Below, one piece after another: positions 19,216 to 28,429 of a stretch of 64,000 nt of DNA. Each line of letters opens with the position of its first letter. The stretch's first letter is position 1. Source of the stretch: Planctomycetota bacterium (lineage in GTDB: Bacteria; Planctomycetota; UBA8108; SXIK01). The notes under the pieces were generated by a model that saw only the letters and a program-made list of their open reading frames with translations, was not told where the DNA came from and searched no databases. The stretch is from NCBI GenBank assembly GCA_965223845.1, contig CBDCXR010000004.1:1536001-1600000 (forward strand), in the 5' to 3' direction. Position numbers and translations under genes: made by a program.

Positions 19216-20136
19216 TCAGAAACGCGGCTGGATGAACCGTCTCGATTCGAGCCACGCCTGGGCGACGAGCGCGATCTTCTCGCGACGGGGAAGGGAAGGT
19301 CGGCGCGAGAACACGTCGAACTCCGCCCGCTCGATGCGATCGAGAATGCGGGAGTAGAACCGCATGAGGAGGACGGGGCAGTAGCGTGAATCCGGGTGGA
19401 TTTCCGGGTAGAGCGGCTCGGCCCGACGAAAGAGCTCGCGCGTTCGGTCGACCTCGAACTTCATGAGGGCGCGGAACTCGGGAGTGAGCTTCGACGAGAA
19501 GAGATCGTCCTCGGAGCAGCCGAACCGGCGGAGGTCCTCGGCGGGAAGATAGATGCGTCCTCGCGTGCAATCCTCGGCTACGTCGCGGAGGATGTTCGTG
19601 AGCTGCATCGCGAGTCCGAGCGCGACCGCCGCATCTCGACAGTCCTCGTACGCAGCGTCTCGTCGGGCGAGCCCGAAGATGCGCACGCAGATGAGGCCGA
19701 CGACGGACGCCGCGCGGTAGCAGTACCCTTCCAGCTCGGTGAAGGTTGCGTAGCGCTTTTTCTCGAGATCCATCTCCATCCCGAGGAGAAGCTCCTCGAA
19801 GAGGACGGTGGGAATCTCGTACCGGCGAATGGTATCGGCGAGCGCAGCGCGGAGGGGATCGTCGGTGACCGCCGCGGAATCGAGGAGTTGTCGCAACCCG
19901 TTCAGGTCGGCGCGGGCCTCCGTGGGAGTCCCGCCGCGCTCTTCGACCGCGTCGACGGCATCGTCGGCTCGGCGACTGAACGCGTACACCGCGAATACAC
20001 TCCGGCGACGCTCGGGAGGGAGGAAGCCGAAGGTGTAGTAGAAGTTCTTGGCTTCAGCCTTGGTGATCCTTGCGGCGTACGCGTAGGAGTCGGTCAGCGA
20101 TCGTTCGTCCCGAACTTCCGTCGATAGAGGAACCAT
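19216..20136 (-). CDS. Phytoene/presqualene diphosphate synthase (HpnD/CrtB family)
   Basis: AKNFYY, YAFSRRADDAVD, GMEMD, YCYRAASVVG, QLTNILRDVAED, GRIYLP. Confidence 0.9.
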   Translation of the reverse strand: MVPLSTEVRDERSLTDSYAYAARITKAEAKNFYYTFGFLPPERRRSVFAVYAFSRRADDAVDAVEERGGTPTEARADLNGLRQLLDSAAVTDDPLRAALADTIRRYEIPTVLFEELLLGMEMDLEKKRYATFTELEGYCYRAASVVGLICVRIFGLARRDAAYEDCRDAAVALGLAMQLTNILRDVAEDCTRGRIYLPAEDLRRFGCSEDDLFSSKLTPEFRALMKFEVDRTRELFRRAEPLYPEIHPDSRYCPVLLMRFYSRILDRIERAEFDVFSRRPSLPRREKIALVAQAWLESRRFIQPRF

Positions 20137-20462
20137 AATCTCGAGCGCGCGTACAACGTGAGGAACCGTTACCGCGACGGTGAGTTCCGTCTGGCGAGTC
20201 CTAGAGCTCGAGTGAGAGCGGCGACACCGACCAGCTTCGGTGCCGCAACTTGGACTCGCGGTGACAGCGTCTCGCTTCCGATAACGGTTTGCAACGGCTT
20301 TATCTCACTTCGGCTTTCTTCTAAGCTCCAGGTGTCGCCCGTGACGAAGCTCCGTCGAGATCGCCCGCCGAAGCCGTCGATCGAGGCACACCGGGAAAAC
20401 CGTCTACCCGAGTGTCTCGCTCAACTCGACCGCACTCGTCCCGCGCACAGGGTGTTCACGGC

Positions 20463-21212
20463 ATGACTCGGTTTTTCTCCGCGCTCGGCGACTTCGGAAT
20501 CTACGCGAATCGAATCCTACGCCGGATTCTGCGGCCGGAGTTTCGCGCCGATGCCCTCGTCTATCAGATGCATCGCATCGGGGTCGAGTCCCTCTCCGTG
20601 GTCAATCTCTGCGCGTTTTTCATCGGGCTCGTGCTCGTCATCCAAACCGGCGCGCTCCTCGCGAAGTTCGGCGCGAAGGGGGAGGTGAGCACGATTCTCA
20701 GTGCGTCCTTTGTGCGCGAGATCGGTCCGGTGTTCGCCGCGATCATGTTCGCGGGACGCATCGGGACCGGCATCGCCGCGGAGATCGGTTCGATGGTCGT
20801 GACGGAACAGATCGATGCCTACCGCGCCTTCGGAGTCGACCCGCACGCTCGATTGGCCGCGCCGCGTGTGGCGGCGACCGCGCTCATGCTTCCAGCCCTC
20901 ACGGTGTGTGCGTGCGTCGTGGGAATCTTCAGCGGCTACCTGGTCGTCGTCTTTCAGATGGGGTACTCCCGCGAGACCTACGTTCATTCGGTGCTCCGTG
21001 CGCTCGGACAGCTCGATATCATCGCCTGCGTGACGAAGGCCGGCGTGTTCGGCCTGCTGATCGGCCTCTTGTCGACGTACACCGGATTTCGGACGAAGCG
21101 GGCAACGGAGGCCGTCGGCGAGTCGGCGACGACCACGATGGTGCGGTGTGTCCTCGGGATCCTCGTTCTCGATCTCATGCTCACTCAGTTCTTTCTCGGC
21201 CTCGGAGCTTGA
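20463..21212 (+). CDS. mlaE: MlaE-family ABC permease
   Basis: IGVESL, VREIGPV, GRIG...AEIGSMVVTEQIDA, VG.S.T.TMV. Confidence 0.92.
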   Translation: MTRFFSALGDFGIYANRILRRILRPEFRADALVYQMHRIGVESLSVVNLCAFFIGLVLVIQTGALLAKFGAKGEVSTILSASFVREIGPVFAAIMFAGRIGTGIAAEIGSMVVTEQIDAYRAFGVDPHARLAAPRVAATALMLPALTVCACVVGIFSGYLVVVFQMGYSRETYVHSVLRALGQLDIIACVTKAGVFGLLIGLLSTYTGFRTKRATEAVGESATTTMVRCVLGILVLDLMLTQFFLGLGA

Positions 21213-21218
21213 TCGTCC

Positions 21219-22031
21219 GTGAACGTCTCCGATTCCGCGCCGGCCTCGCCTGTAGTCGAAGTGCTGCGCATCGCGGGTGTGTCGAAATCTCTCGGGGGAC
21301 AGCCCGTGCTCACCGGAGTCGACCTCTGCGTCCGCGAGGGGGACAACCTCGCGATCCTCGGTCGGAGCGGGAGCGGGAAGAGCGTCCTCCTCCGATTGAT
21401 CGCCGGTCTACTCGTGCCGGACGAAGGAGAGATCTATCTTTGGGGTCAACCGACGAGCGGGCTCAGCGAGGACGAGTGGCGGCCGCTGCGCCGCCGGATG
21501 GGGGTCGTGTTTCAGTCCGGCGCTCTCTTCGATTCGATGTCGGTCTTCGACAACGTCGCGTTCCCGCTCCGCGAACGCGGCGACCTCGCCGAGGACGATG
21601 TGCGCGTTCGCGTGCTCGAACGTCTCGCGTGGGTCGATCTGGCGGAGAGCGCCGACAAGCCCCCGAGCGAGCTCTCCGGGGGAATGCGCCGGCGTGTCGC
21701 CCTCGCGCGTACGCTCGCCGACGGACCGGAGTTCGTCCTCTACGACGAGCCGACGACGGGGCTCGACCCGCTCACGGGACGCAGCATTTCCCTCCTTATG
21801 CAGAAGTTGGACAAAAAACTGGAGTCGACGTCCATCATCGTGACACACGATCTTCAGTCCGCAGAGCTCGTGGCGACCCGCTGGGCGTACCTCGCCGACG
21901 GACGGATTGCCGCGGAAGGGACGCGAACCGAGCTCCTTCGAAGCGGGGGGGGAGTCGCCGATTTCATCCGCGCCTACGGATGGGTGCGGGAGTTGCAGGA
22001 TTCGGGTGTCGACGAGGCACGAGACGCATGA
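21219..22031 (+). CDS. mlaF: MlaF-family ABC ATPase
   Basis: GRSGSGKS, FQSGALFDSM, LSGGM, YDEPTTGLDP, VTHD. Confidence 0.92.
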   Translation: MNVSDSAPASPVVEVLRIAGVSKSLGGQPVLTGVDLCVREGDNLAILGRSGSGKSVLLRLIAGLLVPDEGEIYLWGQPTSGLSEDEWRPLRRRMGVVFQSGALFDSMSVFDNVAFPLRERGDLAEDDVRVRVLERLAWVDLAESADKPPSELSGGMRRRVALARTLADGPEFVLYDEPTTGLDPLTGRSISLLMQKLDKKLESTSIIVTHDLQSAELVATRWAYLADGRIAAEGTRTELLRSGGGVADFIRAYGWVRELQDSGVDEARDA

Positions 22032-23353
22032 GACAGTCCTGGGCAAAAGAGTTCAGCGTCGGATTCGTCCTGTTCGTGGCGACGATTGTCGTCATGGTCG
22101 GGCTGTTTCTCGTCGGGAATGCCGGTGGTCCACTTTCGCGCCACGCCGAATATCGCGTCCTCGTCCCGACGGTCCTCGGGATTCGCGAGGGATCGACGGT
22201 CTACCTCTCCGGAGTCCCCGTCGGTCAAGTCGAGCGCATCGATTTCTCGTCGGATCCGGGAATCCCGAAGGTCGAGGTCACGCTCGCCGTCGTGTACCGC
22301 CACTCCCTCCGCATCGGTCCCGATTCGACGGCGTGGATCAAGAACGAGGGTCTCCTCGGCGACGCTGCCTTCCACGTGAGCCTGAGCGCCGAGGGCGAGC
22401 GACTCCGAGCCGGAAGCGAGATCCCGTACCGTCCGCGCGCGATGCTCGACGACTTCGCGGGCGAAGGATCGACGGAGACCGCAGCGTCGATCATGGAGAC
22501 CGCGATCGCGATTCTGAACGACGTTCAGAAGGGCGAAGGGACGCTCGGGCAGCTTCTCAAGAACCCCGAGCTCTACGACAACCTGAGCACGTTCACCGCG
22601 GCGATGCAGACCGCGACGAAACGCGTGGAGACACTCAGCTCGGACCTCGGCGAGATCATCACCGCGATCAAGGAGAGCCGAGGCGTCGTCGGAAAGGCGA
22701 TTTTCTCCGAGCAGTACGCTCAGCGGGTGGGCGATGGCCTGGCGCATATCGAGAAGGTCGCGGGTCGAGTCGATCGCATCCTCGCCGACGTCGAAGACGG
22801 GGAGGAGTCGATCGGACGGGTCGTGCTCGGAGCCGCGCTCCACGCCTCGGTTCAGCGCTTGATCGACCACGTCGACGCGGTCGCGGCTGACGTCCACGAA
22901 TCCCTCCGCGGTGAGAGCATCGTCGCCGATCTCGTCCGCGACGCGGAGCTCGCCGCCAACTTCAAAACGCTCGTCGCTCGACTCGAATCGTCGTCCGGTT
23001 CGCTCGAACGGATCCTGGGCTCGATCGAAGCCGGCGAGGGATCGCTCGGCATGCTCTACCGCGATCCCTCGATCGCGGGCAGTCTGCGCGACCTCTTCCT
23101 CGGAGTCGAAGACGCGGGCTACGTGCTCAATCTCGTGCGGAACGCGGAGCGGGCCGGTCGCGAACGCTATCTCGAGGCCGCTGGCCTCGACGAGGCCGAG
23201 CGACGGGAACTCCAGCGCTTGCGCGTACTGTCTGGCGTTGGTACGAGCTCGGAGGACGGCCCCGAATCGGCGAACGACCGTGACGGCGACATTCGACCCG
23301 CGGCTCACCGCGAAGGCGATCCGGACGGCGAAGCCGGGTCGAACGAGGAGTGA
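22028..23353 (+). CDS. mlaD: MCE/MlaD protein with long helical extension (~441 aa)
   Basis: N-terminal TM (VGFVLFV), MCE domain (GS.VYLSGVPVG.V...GLLGD), repeated G-x-G-[TS]-[LI]-G helical units; ATG overlaps the mlaF stop. Confidence 0.88.
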   Translation: MRQSWAKEFSVGFVLFVATIVVMVGLFLVGNAGGPLSRHAEYRVLVPTVLGIREGSTVYLSGVPVGQVERIDFSSDPGIPKVEVTLAVVYRHSLRIGPDSTAWIKNEGLLGDAAFHVSLSAEGERLRAGSEIPYRPRAMLDDFAGEGSTETAASIMETAIAILNDVQKGEGTLGQLLKNPELYDNLSTFTAAMQTATKRVETLSSDLGEIITAIKESRGVVGKAIFSEQYAQRVGDGLAHIEKVAGRVDRILADVEDGEESIGRVVLGAALHASVQRLIDHVDAVAADVHESLRGESIVADLVRDAELAANFKTLVARLESSSGSLERILGSIEAGEGSLGMLYRDPSIAGSLRDLFLGVEDAGYVLNLVRNAERAGRERYLEAAGLDEAERRELQRLRVLSGVGTSSEDGPESANDRDGDIRPAAHREGDPDGEAGSNEE

Positions 23354-23426
23354 CCCGAAGGGTACGCGGTCTTCGTAGGGAGGAGCGACCGTGTCGAGGA
23401 CGATGGACCGAGGGAGCGAGCAGACC

Positions 23427-24059
23427 ATGGCGCAGGTAGGACTCTCGAGGCAGACCCGGAACCGGATTCGTCGCGGCGGGCCCGGATCGGTCGCGGCGAT
23501 CGCGGTCTCCCTCGCCGCGGCGTCCTGCGCCGCCCTGACGTCGTCGGAAATGGAGTACGTTGCGAACGACGATGTGCTCGCGCTCGCGGCGGACGCGCTG
23601 GGCTACCACGTCGACCCCCGTCGCTTCGTGCTCACCGAGCTCGACATCCGGAGTGACAGCGCCGTCTTTCAGTACCGCGGAGTCGAGTACTCGGGCGATC
23701 GGGCCTGGGTGGTTCGCTTCTCGGAGAAGTCGACGGAGCGAGACGCGATCGCGATGACCGATCCCTACGCTCTCCTCGAAGTGATCGCCGCGGGACGACG
23801 GGGGTTTCGCGTCGTCGAAGAGTCCGCGGGAGAAGACGATCTTGTTCGCTACATCCGCTATGAGTTTGACTCGATCGTCGAAGACGACGGGGCTGAGTCG
23901 CTGAACGGCCGAGGCCTCGTCGCAGTATTGCGACACGTCGACAATTCCCGTGAATCGCCGCTCGTCTTTCACATCAAGCTCGACAATCACGGCGATCGCG
24001 ACGAGCTGACGGCCGAAGCTCTCGAGCCGTTTCTCCGCGCCGCCTCCGGCCTCGAGTGA
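23427..24059 (+). CDS. Hypothetical lipoprotein, last gene of the mla operon
   Basis: Basic N-region, hydrophobic stretch, AAASC lipobox; start could be 23391 or 23403. Confidence 0.6.
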   Translation: MAQVGLSRQTRNRIRRGGPGSVAAIAVSLAAASCAALTSSEMEYVANDDVLALAADALGYHVDPRRFVLTELDIRSDSAVFQYRGVEYSGDRAWVVRFSEKSTERDAIAMTDPYALLEVIAAGRRGFRVVEESAGEDDLVRYIRYEFDSIVEDDGAESLNGRGLVAVLRHVDNSRESPLVFHIKLDNHGDRDELTAEALEPFLRAASGLE

Positions 24060-24093
24060 GCGCGCTCGAAATCGTTCGGACGCCGGATTCGCG

Positions 24094-24123
24094 TTGACGT
24101 CCGCCGCCGAGTTCTTTTAAGGT
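24094..24123 (+). promoter_or_regulatory. Putative sigma70 promoter TTGACG-N18-TAAGGT upstream of dacB
   Basis: Near-consensus hexamers with 18-nt spacer. Confidence 0.35.
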
Positions 24124-24155
24124 CTCCGCCCGAATCGCGAGCGGGGGGAGCGAGA

Positions 24156-25784
24156 ATGAGACGGCGCGTAGTGAAGAAGCGGCGAGACGGACGCGAGGAC
24201 GGCCGCGGGCGTGGGATGGCGGCGGCGAGACCGAGCCCTCGGCCTACGCCGCACGCCGGAGTCGTCGCCGGCTTCGCGCTCGTCGTCGCGCTCCTCAGCG
24301 CCGGAGATCGTATCGCGGCCGGATCGGACGCGGATCGACTCGAGCGCGATCTCCGCTGGATCGCGACCGGCCAGTTCGGCTACGGCGCCGACGACATCGG
24401 AATCGTCGTGCTCGACGAGAGCGGCGCAGTTCGCGCGAGCGTGGGAGGCGAGACCCCGCTCAAGCCGGCGAGCACCCTCAAAATCCTCACGACCGCCGCG
24501 GGGCTCTATCTGCTCGGCCCGGAGTACGAGTACCGAACCGCGCTGCTCTCTACCGCGCCGATCGCCGAGGGTCGGATCACCGGAGACTTGATTCTTCGCG
24601 GGACGGGCGACCCGAACATCTCCGGCCGATTCTACGACGGCGATGTCACTCACCTCCTCAAGCGGTGGGCCCGAGACCTTCGCGGCGCAGGGCTCGTCGA
24701 AGTGAGCGGCGATCTCGTCGTCGACGACTCGCTCTTCGACGACGAGCGGTTCCTTCCCGGGTGGAATCCAGCGGACGCGGGGCGATGGTTCAGCGCGCAG
24801 ATCAGTCCCCTCTCGCTGAACGACAACTGCGTCGACGTCTACATCGTCCCGGCAGCGCGACCGGGTGTTTCCGCCTCCGTGCGCATCGTCCCGCAGTCGT
24901 CGGCGATTCAGAGCTCCGGACGGATTCGGACGGTGGGGGGCTCCGTGCGTGCGGCGGTGCTCCACCGTAGGCCGGGGACGAGCGAGATCGCCGCGAGCGG
25001 GCGGGTCGGTGTGCGAGTCAAGAACTACTACGATCACGTCACGATCGAGGACCCGGCCATGTTCTTCGGAACCACCCTCCGGGACGTCCTCCGGCGACAT
25101 GGAGTCCATCTGCGAGGCCGAGTCCGGCGGGCGCGGGGCACGGAGCGTCGCTACGCCCCGGGTTGGCATACCGAGAACGGCGACGCGGCGCCGCCGCCGA
25201 TCAGCGCTCCGGGCGAGGTCGTCCTCATCACTCACGCATCGCCGCTTCGACTGGACCTGCCGGTGATCAACAAGAACAGTCAGAACCTTCACGCCGAGAT
25301 CCTTCTCAAGACGCTCGGTGCGGTCCTTTTCGGTGACGGCAGCGTCGAGGGAGGCGAGCGCGCGATCCGTCGGTACCTCTCCGAGCGCGGCATCGCGAAC
25401 GATGGTCTCGCGGTGCGCGACGGATCCGGTCTCTCGCACGAAAGTCGGGTCTCCGCGCTCACGCTCGCGCGTGCTCTCTCGGCCGCGCTTCGAGGGAAGC
25501 ACGGGACGCTCTACCGCCGATCGCTGGCCGTGGCGGGCGTCGACGGCACGCTCGACGACCGGTTTCGCCGCTATCCGGAGCTGCGAAAGCGGGTCGCCGG
25601 GAAGACGGGGAGCATCCGGGGCGTGTCCAACCTCGCGGGCTGCGTCGACGCGGCCGGCCGCACGTGGACGTTCGTCGTCCTCGTCAACGGCCGTCCGAAA
25701 CGCGCGAAATCGCCTCGGGATCTGCACGAGCGCATCGTCGACGAGACGGCTCGGGCGATGCGCCGTCTCGGGGACCCGCGGTAA
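24156..25784 (+). CDS. dacB: D-alanyl-D-alanine carboxypeptidase/endopeptidase (PBP4, S13)
   Basis: PASTLK (SxxK), G.GDP, NKNSQNLHAE (SxN), DGSGLS, AGVDGTL, KTG; start may be 24216. Confidence 0.92.
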   Translation: MRRRVVKKRRDGREDGRGRGMAAARPSPRPTPHAGVVAGFALVVALLSAGDRIAAGSDADRLERDLRWIATGQFGYGADDIGIVVLDESGAVRASVGGETPLKPASTLKILTTAAGLYLLGPEYEYRTALLSTAPIAEGRITGDLILRGTGDPNISGRFYDGDVTHLLKRWARDLRGAGLVEVSGDLVVDDSLFDDERFLPGWNPADAGRWFSAQISPLSLNDNCVDVYIVPAARPGVSASVRIVPQSSAIQSSGRIRTVGGSVRAAVLHRRPGTSEIAASGRVGVRVKNYYDHVTIEDPAMFFGTTLRDVLRRHGVHLRGRVRRARGTERRYAPGWHTENGDAAPPPISAPGEVVLITHASPLRLDLPVINKNSQNLHAEILLKTLGAVLFGDGSVEGGERAIRRYLSERGIANDGLAVRDGSGLSHESRVSALTLARALSAALRGKHGTLYRRSLAVAGVDGTLDDRFRRYPELRKRVAGKTGSIRGVSNLAGCVDAAGRTWTFVVLVNGRPKRAKSPRDLHERIVDETARAMRRLGDPR

Positions 25785-25932
25785 CGCCCACGGCGCACGT
25801 TGCTCGCGGGCGGTCCGTTTCCCGGCTCCCGGCCGGGAGGCCCCGCGAGCGGGTTCAACCCCCGGAACGGCCGGAAGTTCGGGCGTCGAGCGCCGGCGGA
25901 ATCGGGAGGAATCGGCTCTGGTGCGTCCGCCC

Positions 25933-25952
25933 AAGCGGTGTTAACATCGCTT
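25933..25952. promoter_or_regulatory. 20-bp near-perfect palindrome, putative operator
   Basis: AAGCGGTGTTAACATCGCTT, one mismatched pair, in an AT-richer patch upstream of the FHA-EBP gene. Confidence 0.5.
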
Positions 25953-26183
25953 TACAAATCTGGGTGGAATGTTCAGCGCCTCTTACAACGGCGTGCCGGG
26001 TCGCCCCGAGCTGGGAGCGGCTGGAGACGAGGATTCTCGCCGATAGACGCTGAGTTCACCGCCCGGATTGACGTCTGAGATGGGGCGAGGCGCGGTAGGC
26101 GCCGGTGGGGAGGTGACGATTCACCTCGACGATCGCTCTCGCGCGCCGCGAGGGTGCGGCACCGATTCGAGATTCGTACGTCC

Positions 26184-28271
26184 ATGCGTAGATCCGCCGC
26201 GAAGCCGTCCGCGACTCTCATCATTCAGGAGAACGGTTCGGAACGAACCGTCGAGCTGAACGACCGAAGTACGACGGTCGGTCGGTCGCACGAAAACGCG
26301 ATCGAAATCGACGACATCAATTCTTCGCGGAAGCACTGCCGCATCGAGCGAAAGAACGGCGGCTTCGAGATCGTCGATCTGAAGAGTCGCAACGGCACGC
26401 TCGTCAACGGAATCCTCGTCCTTCGCAAGGAGCTCCGCCCGGGCGACTGCATCGAGATCGGGAAGACGAGGATGTTCTTCGAGTACGTCTCGTCGGATTA
26501 CGCGCAGGAGACGATCGACGTCACGACGGATCGATTCCTCGAGCCGCTTTCCGGTATGGAGGAAGAGGGGCAGCTCGAGGTGCTGAAGAGCGAGCGAGAG
26601 ATATTCCTGAAGCTCCTCGAGGTGAGTCGCACGCTCAATTCGAAGATCGTGCTCAAGGACCTTCTCAATCGCATCATCGATACAGTGATCGAGGTCTCGG
26701 GAGCGGAGCGCGGATTCCTTCTCCTCGAAGAGAACGCCGAACTCGCGGTCAAGTGCGCTCGCAACATGGACCGCGAGCACATCCGCGAGAAAGACGTGAG
26801 CGCGATCATGTCCATCGCCGGCAACGTGCGCGACTCCGGCTCTCCGCTCATCAGCGACGACGTAGGGAAGGACAAGCGCTTTCGCGCGCTGCAAAAGGGC
26901 GAGCTTCACTCGATGCTCTGCGTGCCGGTCATCACGGACGACCGGTGCCTCGGTGCGATCTACCTCGAGCACCGCTACGAGACGGGAGTCTTCCGTCCGA
27001 GCCACCTGCGCTGGCTCGAGATTCTCGCGAATAACGTCTCGGTCGCGATTCGGAATGCGCAGATGTTCGAGGACCTGAGGTCTCGCTCGCGCGAGCTCGA
27101 GGAAGCGCAGGTGCGCATGGAGCGGATGAACCTCGACCTCGAAGAGAAGGTGCTCTCGAAGAGCCTCCAGCTCGAGGAGGTGATCAAGCTCATTCCCCGC
27201 GAGAGTCCGCGGAACTTCAAGTACGACTACACGTCGATCGTCACGCGCAGCCCGAAGATGTACGAGATCTTCGCGCTCCTCGACAAAGTGACCGAGTCGA
27301 ATGTGTCCGTCCTGATCCTCGGCGAGAGTGGGACCGGGAAGGAGCTGATCGCGCGGGCGATTCACAACAACGGTCCGCGCGCCGATCAAGAGTTCGTCAC
27401 GGAAAACTGCGCGGCGATTCCGGTGAACCTCCTCGAGAGCGAGTTCTTCGGGTACGTCCGCGGAGCGTTCACGGGAGCAACGCGCGACAAGCGCGGACTC
27501 TTCGAGGTCGCCGATGGGGGCACGCTCTTCCTCGACGAGATCGCCGACATGCCGGTCGCGATGCAGACGAAGCTCCTCCGGGCACTTCAGGAAGGCGAGA
27601 TCCGCCGGGTCGGCGGGAAGGACATCCGCAAGGTCAACGTCCGGATCATTTCGGCGACGAATAAGAACATCTACGATCTCGTGCGCCAGAACGAGTTTCG
27701 CGAGGACCTCCTCTACCGCATCAACGTGATCACTCTCAATCTGCCGCCCCTCCGGGAGCGACGAGAGGACATTCCGCTGCTGATCGATTTTTTCCTCGAT
27801 CGAATCGCCCGGCGAACCGGACAGCCGAAGCAGCTCCAGCGCGAGACGTTTCACCTCCTCTATCAGTACGACTGGCCGGGGAACATCCGCGAGCTCGAGA
27901 ACGAGATCGAGCGTCTCGCGGCGCTGAGCGGGGACACGATCGATCCCTATCTCCTCAGTCCGAACATCCAGAACCGCGGACAGGGACGGGCGGTCGCGGC
28001 CTCGGGGAAGAATTTGAAAGAGATCGTGACGCGAACCGTGGAAGACGTCGAGCAGCACGTGATCCAGTCGACGCTTCTCGAGACGTCGTGGAAGAAGACG
28101 CACGCGGCCGAGATTCTCGGGATCTCGCGCCCGACGCTCGACGCCAAGATCGAGAAGTACGGACTCACTCGGGACGACACCCCGGGGACTTCGGGCGCGG
28201 ACACTCAGGTTCGAACGAGACCGAAGAAAGGAGGCGCGAGCGGAGCGTCTGTCGCTCCCACGAAGAGTTGA
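26184..28271 (+). CDS. FHA-GAF-AAA+-HTH sigma54 enhancer-binding protein
   Basis: FHA (VGRS...SSRKH...SRNGT), GAF (GAERGFLLL...SMLCVP...LGAIYL), coiled coil, [30 protein letters not shown] (AAEILGISRPTL). Confidence 0.92.
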   Translation: MRRSAAKPSATLIIQENGSERTVELNDRSTTVGRSHENAIEIDDINSSRKHCRIERKNGGFEIVDLKSRNGTLVNGILVLRKELRPGDCIEIGKTRMFFEYVSSDYAQETIDVTTDRFLEPLSGMEEEGQLEVLKSEREIFLKLLEVSRTLNSKIVLKDLLNRIIDTVIEVSGAERGFLLLEENAELAVKCARNMDREHIREKDVSAIMSIAGNVRDSGSPLISDDVGKDKRFRALQKGELHSMLCVPVITDDRCLGAIYLEHRYETGVFRPSHLRWLEILANNVSVAIRNAQMFEDLRSRSRELEEAQVRMERMNLDLEEKVLSKSLQLEEVIKLIPRESPRNFKYDYTSIVTRSPKMYEIFALLDKVTESNVSVLILGESGTGKELIARAIHNNGPRADQEFVTENCAAIPVNLLESEFFGYVRGAFTGATRDKRGLFEVADGGTLFLDEIADMPVAMQTKLLRALQEGEIRRVGGKDIRKVNVRIISATNKNIYDLVRQNEFREDLLYRINVITLNLPPLRERREDIPLLIDFFLDRIARRTGQPKQLQRETFHLLYQYDWPGNIRELENEIERLAALSGDTIDPYLLSPNIQNRGQGRAVAASGKNLKEIVTRTVEDVEQHVIQSTLLETSWKKTHAAEILGISRPTLDAKIEKYGLTRDDTPGTSGADTQVRTRPKKGGASGASVAPTKS

Positions 28272-28429
28272 TTCCCTCCTCGAGGATTCGCGGCGGATTC
28301 CGCTCGCCGCGGACGTGACGTGCCGGTCCTCGCCGCACGGCTGATCTTCCTCCCGGCGCGGATTCTTCGCGTCGTCTGTTCCACCGATCCTACGATCCCG
28401 AATTCTCTGCCGTTCAATTCCCTGATCCC

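Noticed and set aside
20280-20304. GATAA...TTATC imperfect inverted repeat with IHF-like halves between hpnD and mlaE
   Set aside because: Too degenerate to support and no associated sigma54 site
20906-23353. 815-aa ORF as a giant MlaD fusion
   Set aside because: The N-terminal part is an Arg-rich shadow frame of mlaE/mlaF; MlaD starts at ATG 22028
26121-28103. Long antisense ORFs (also 9849-10937, 24117-25934, 43533-45149, 53142-55148, 58111-59472)
   Set aside because: Expected shadows of high-GC codon usage opposite well-supported genes; no recognisable motifs
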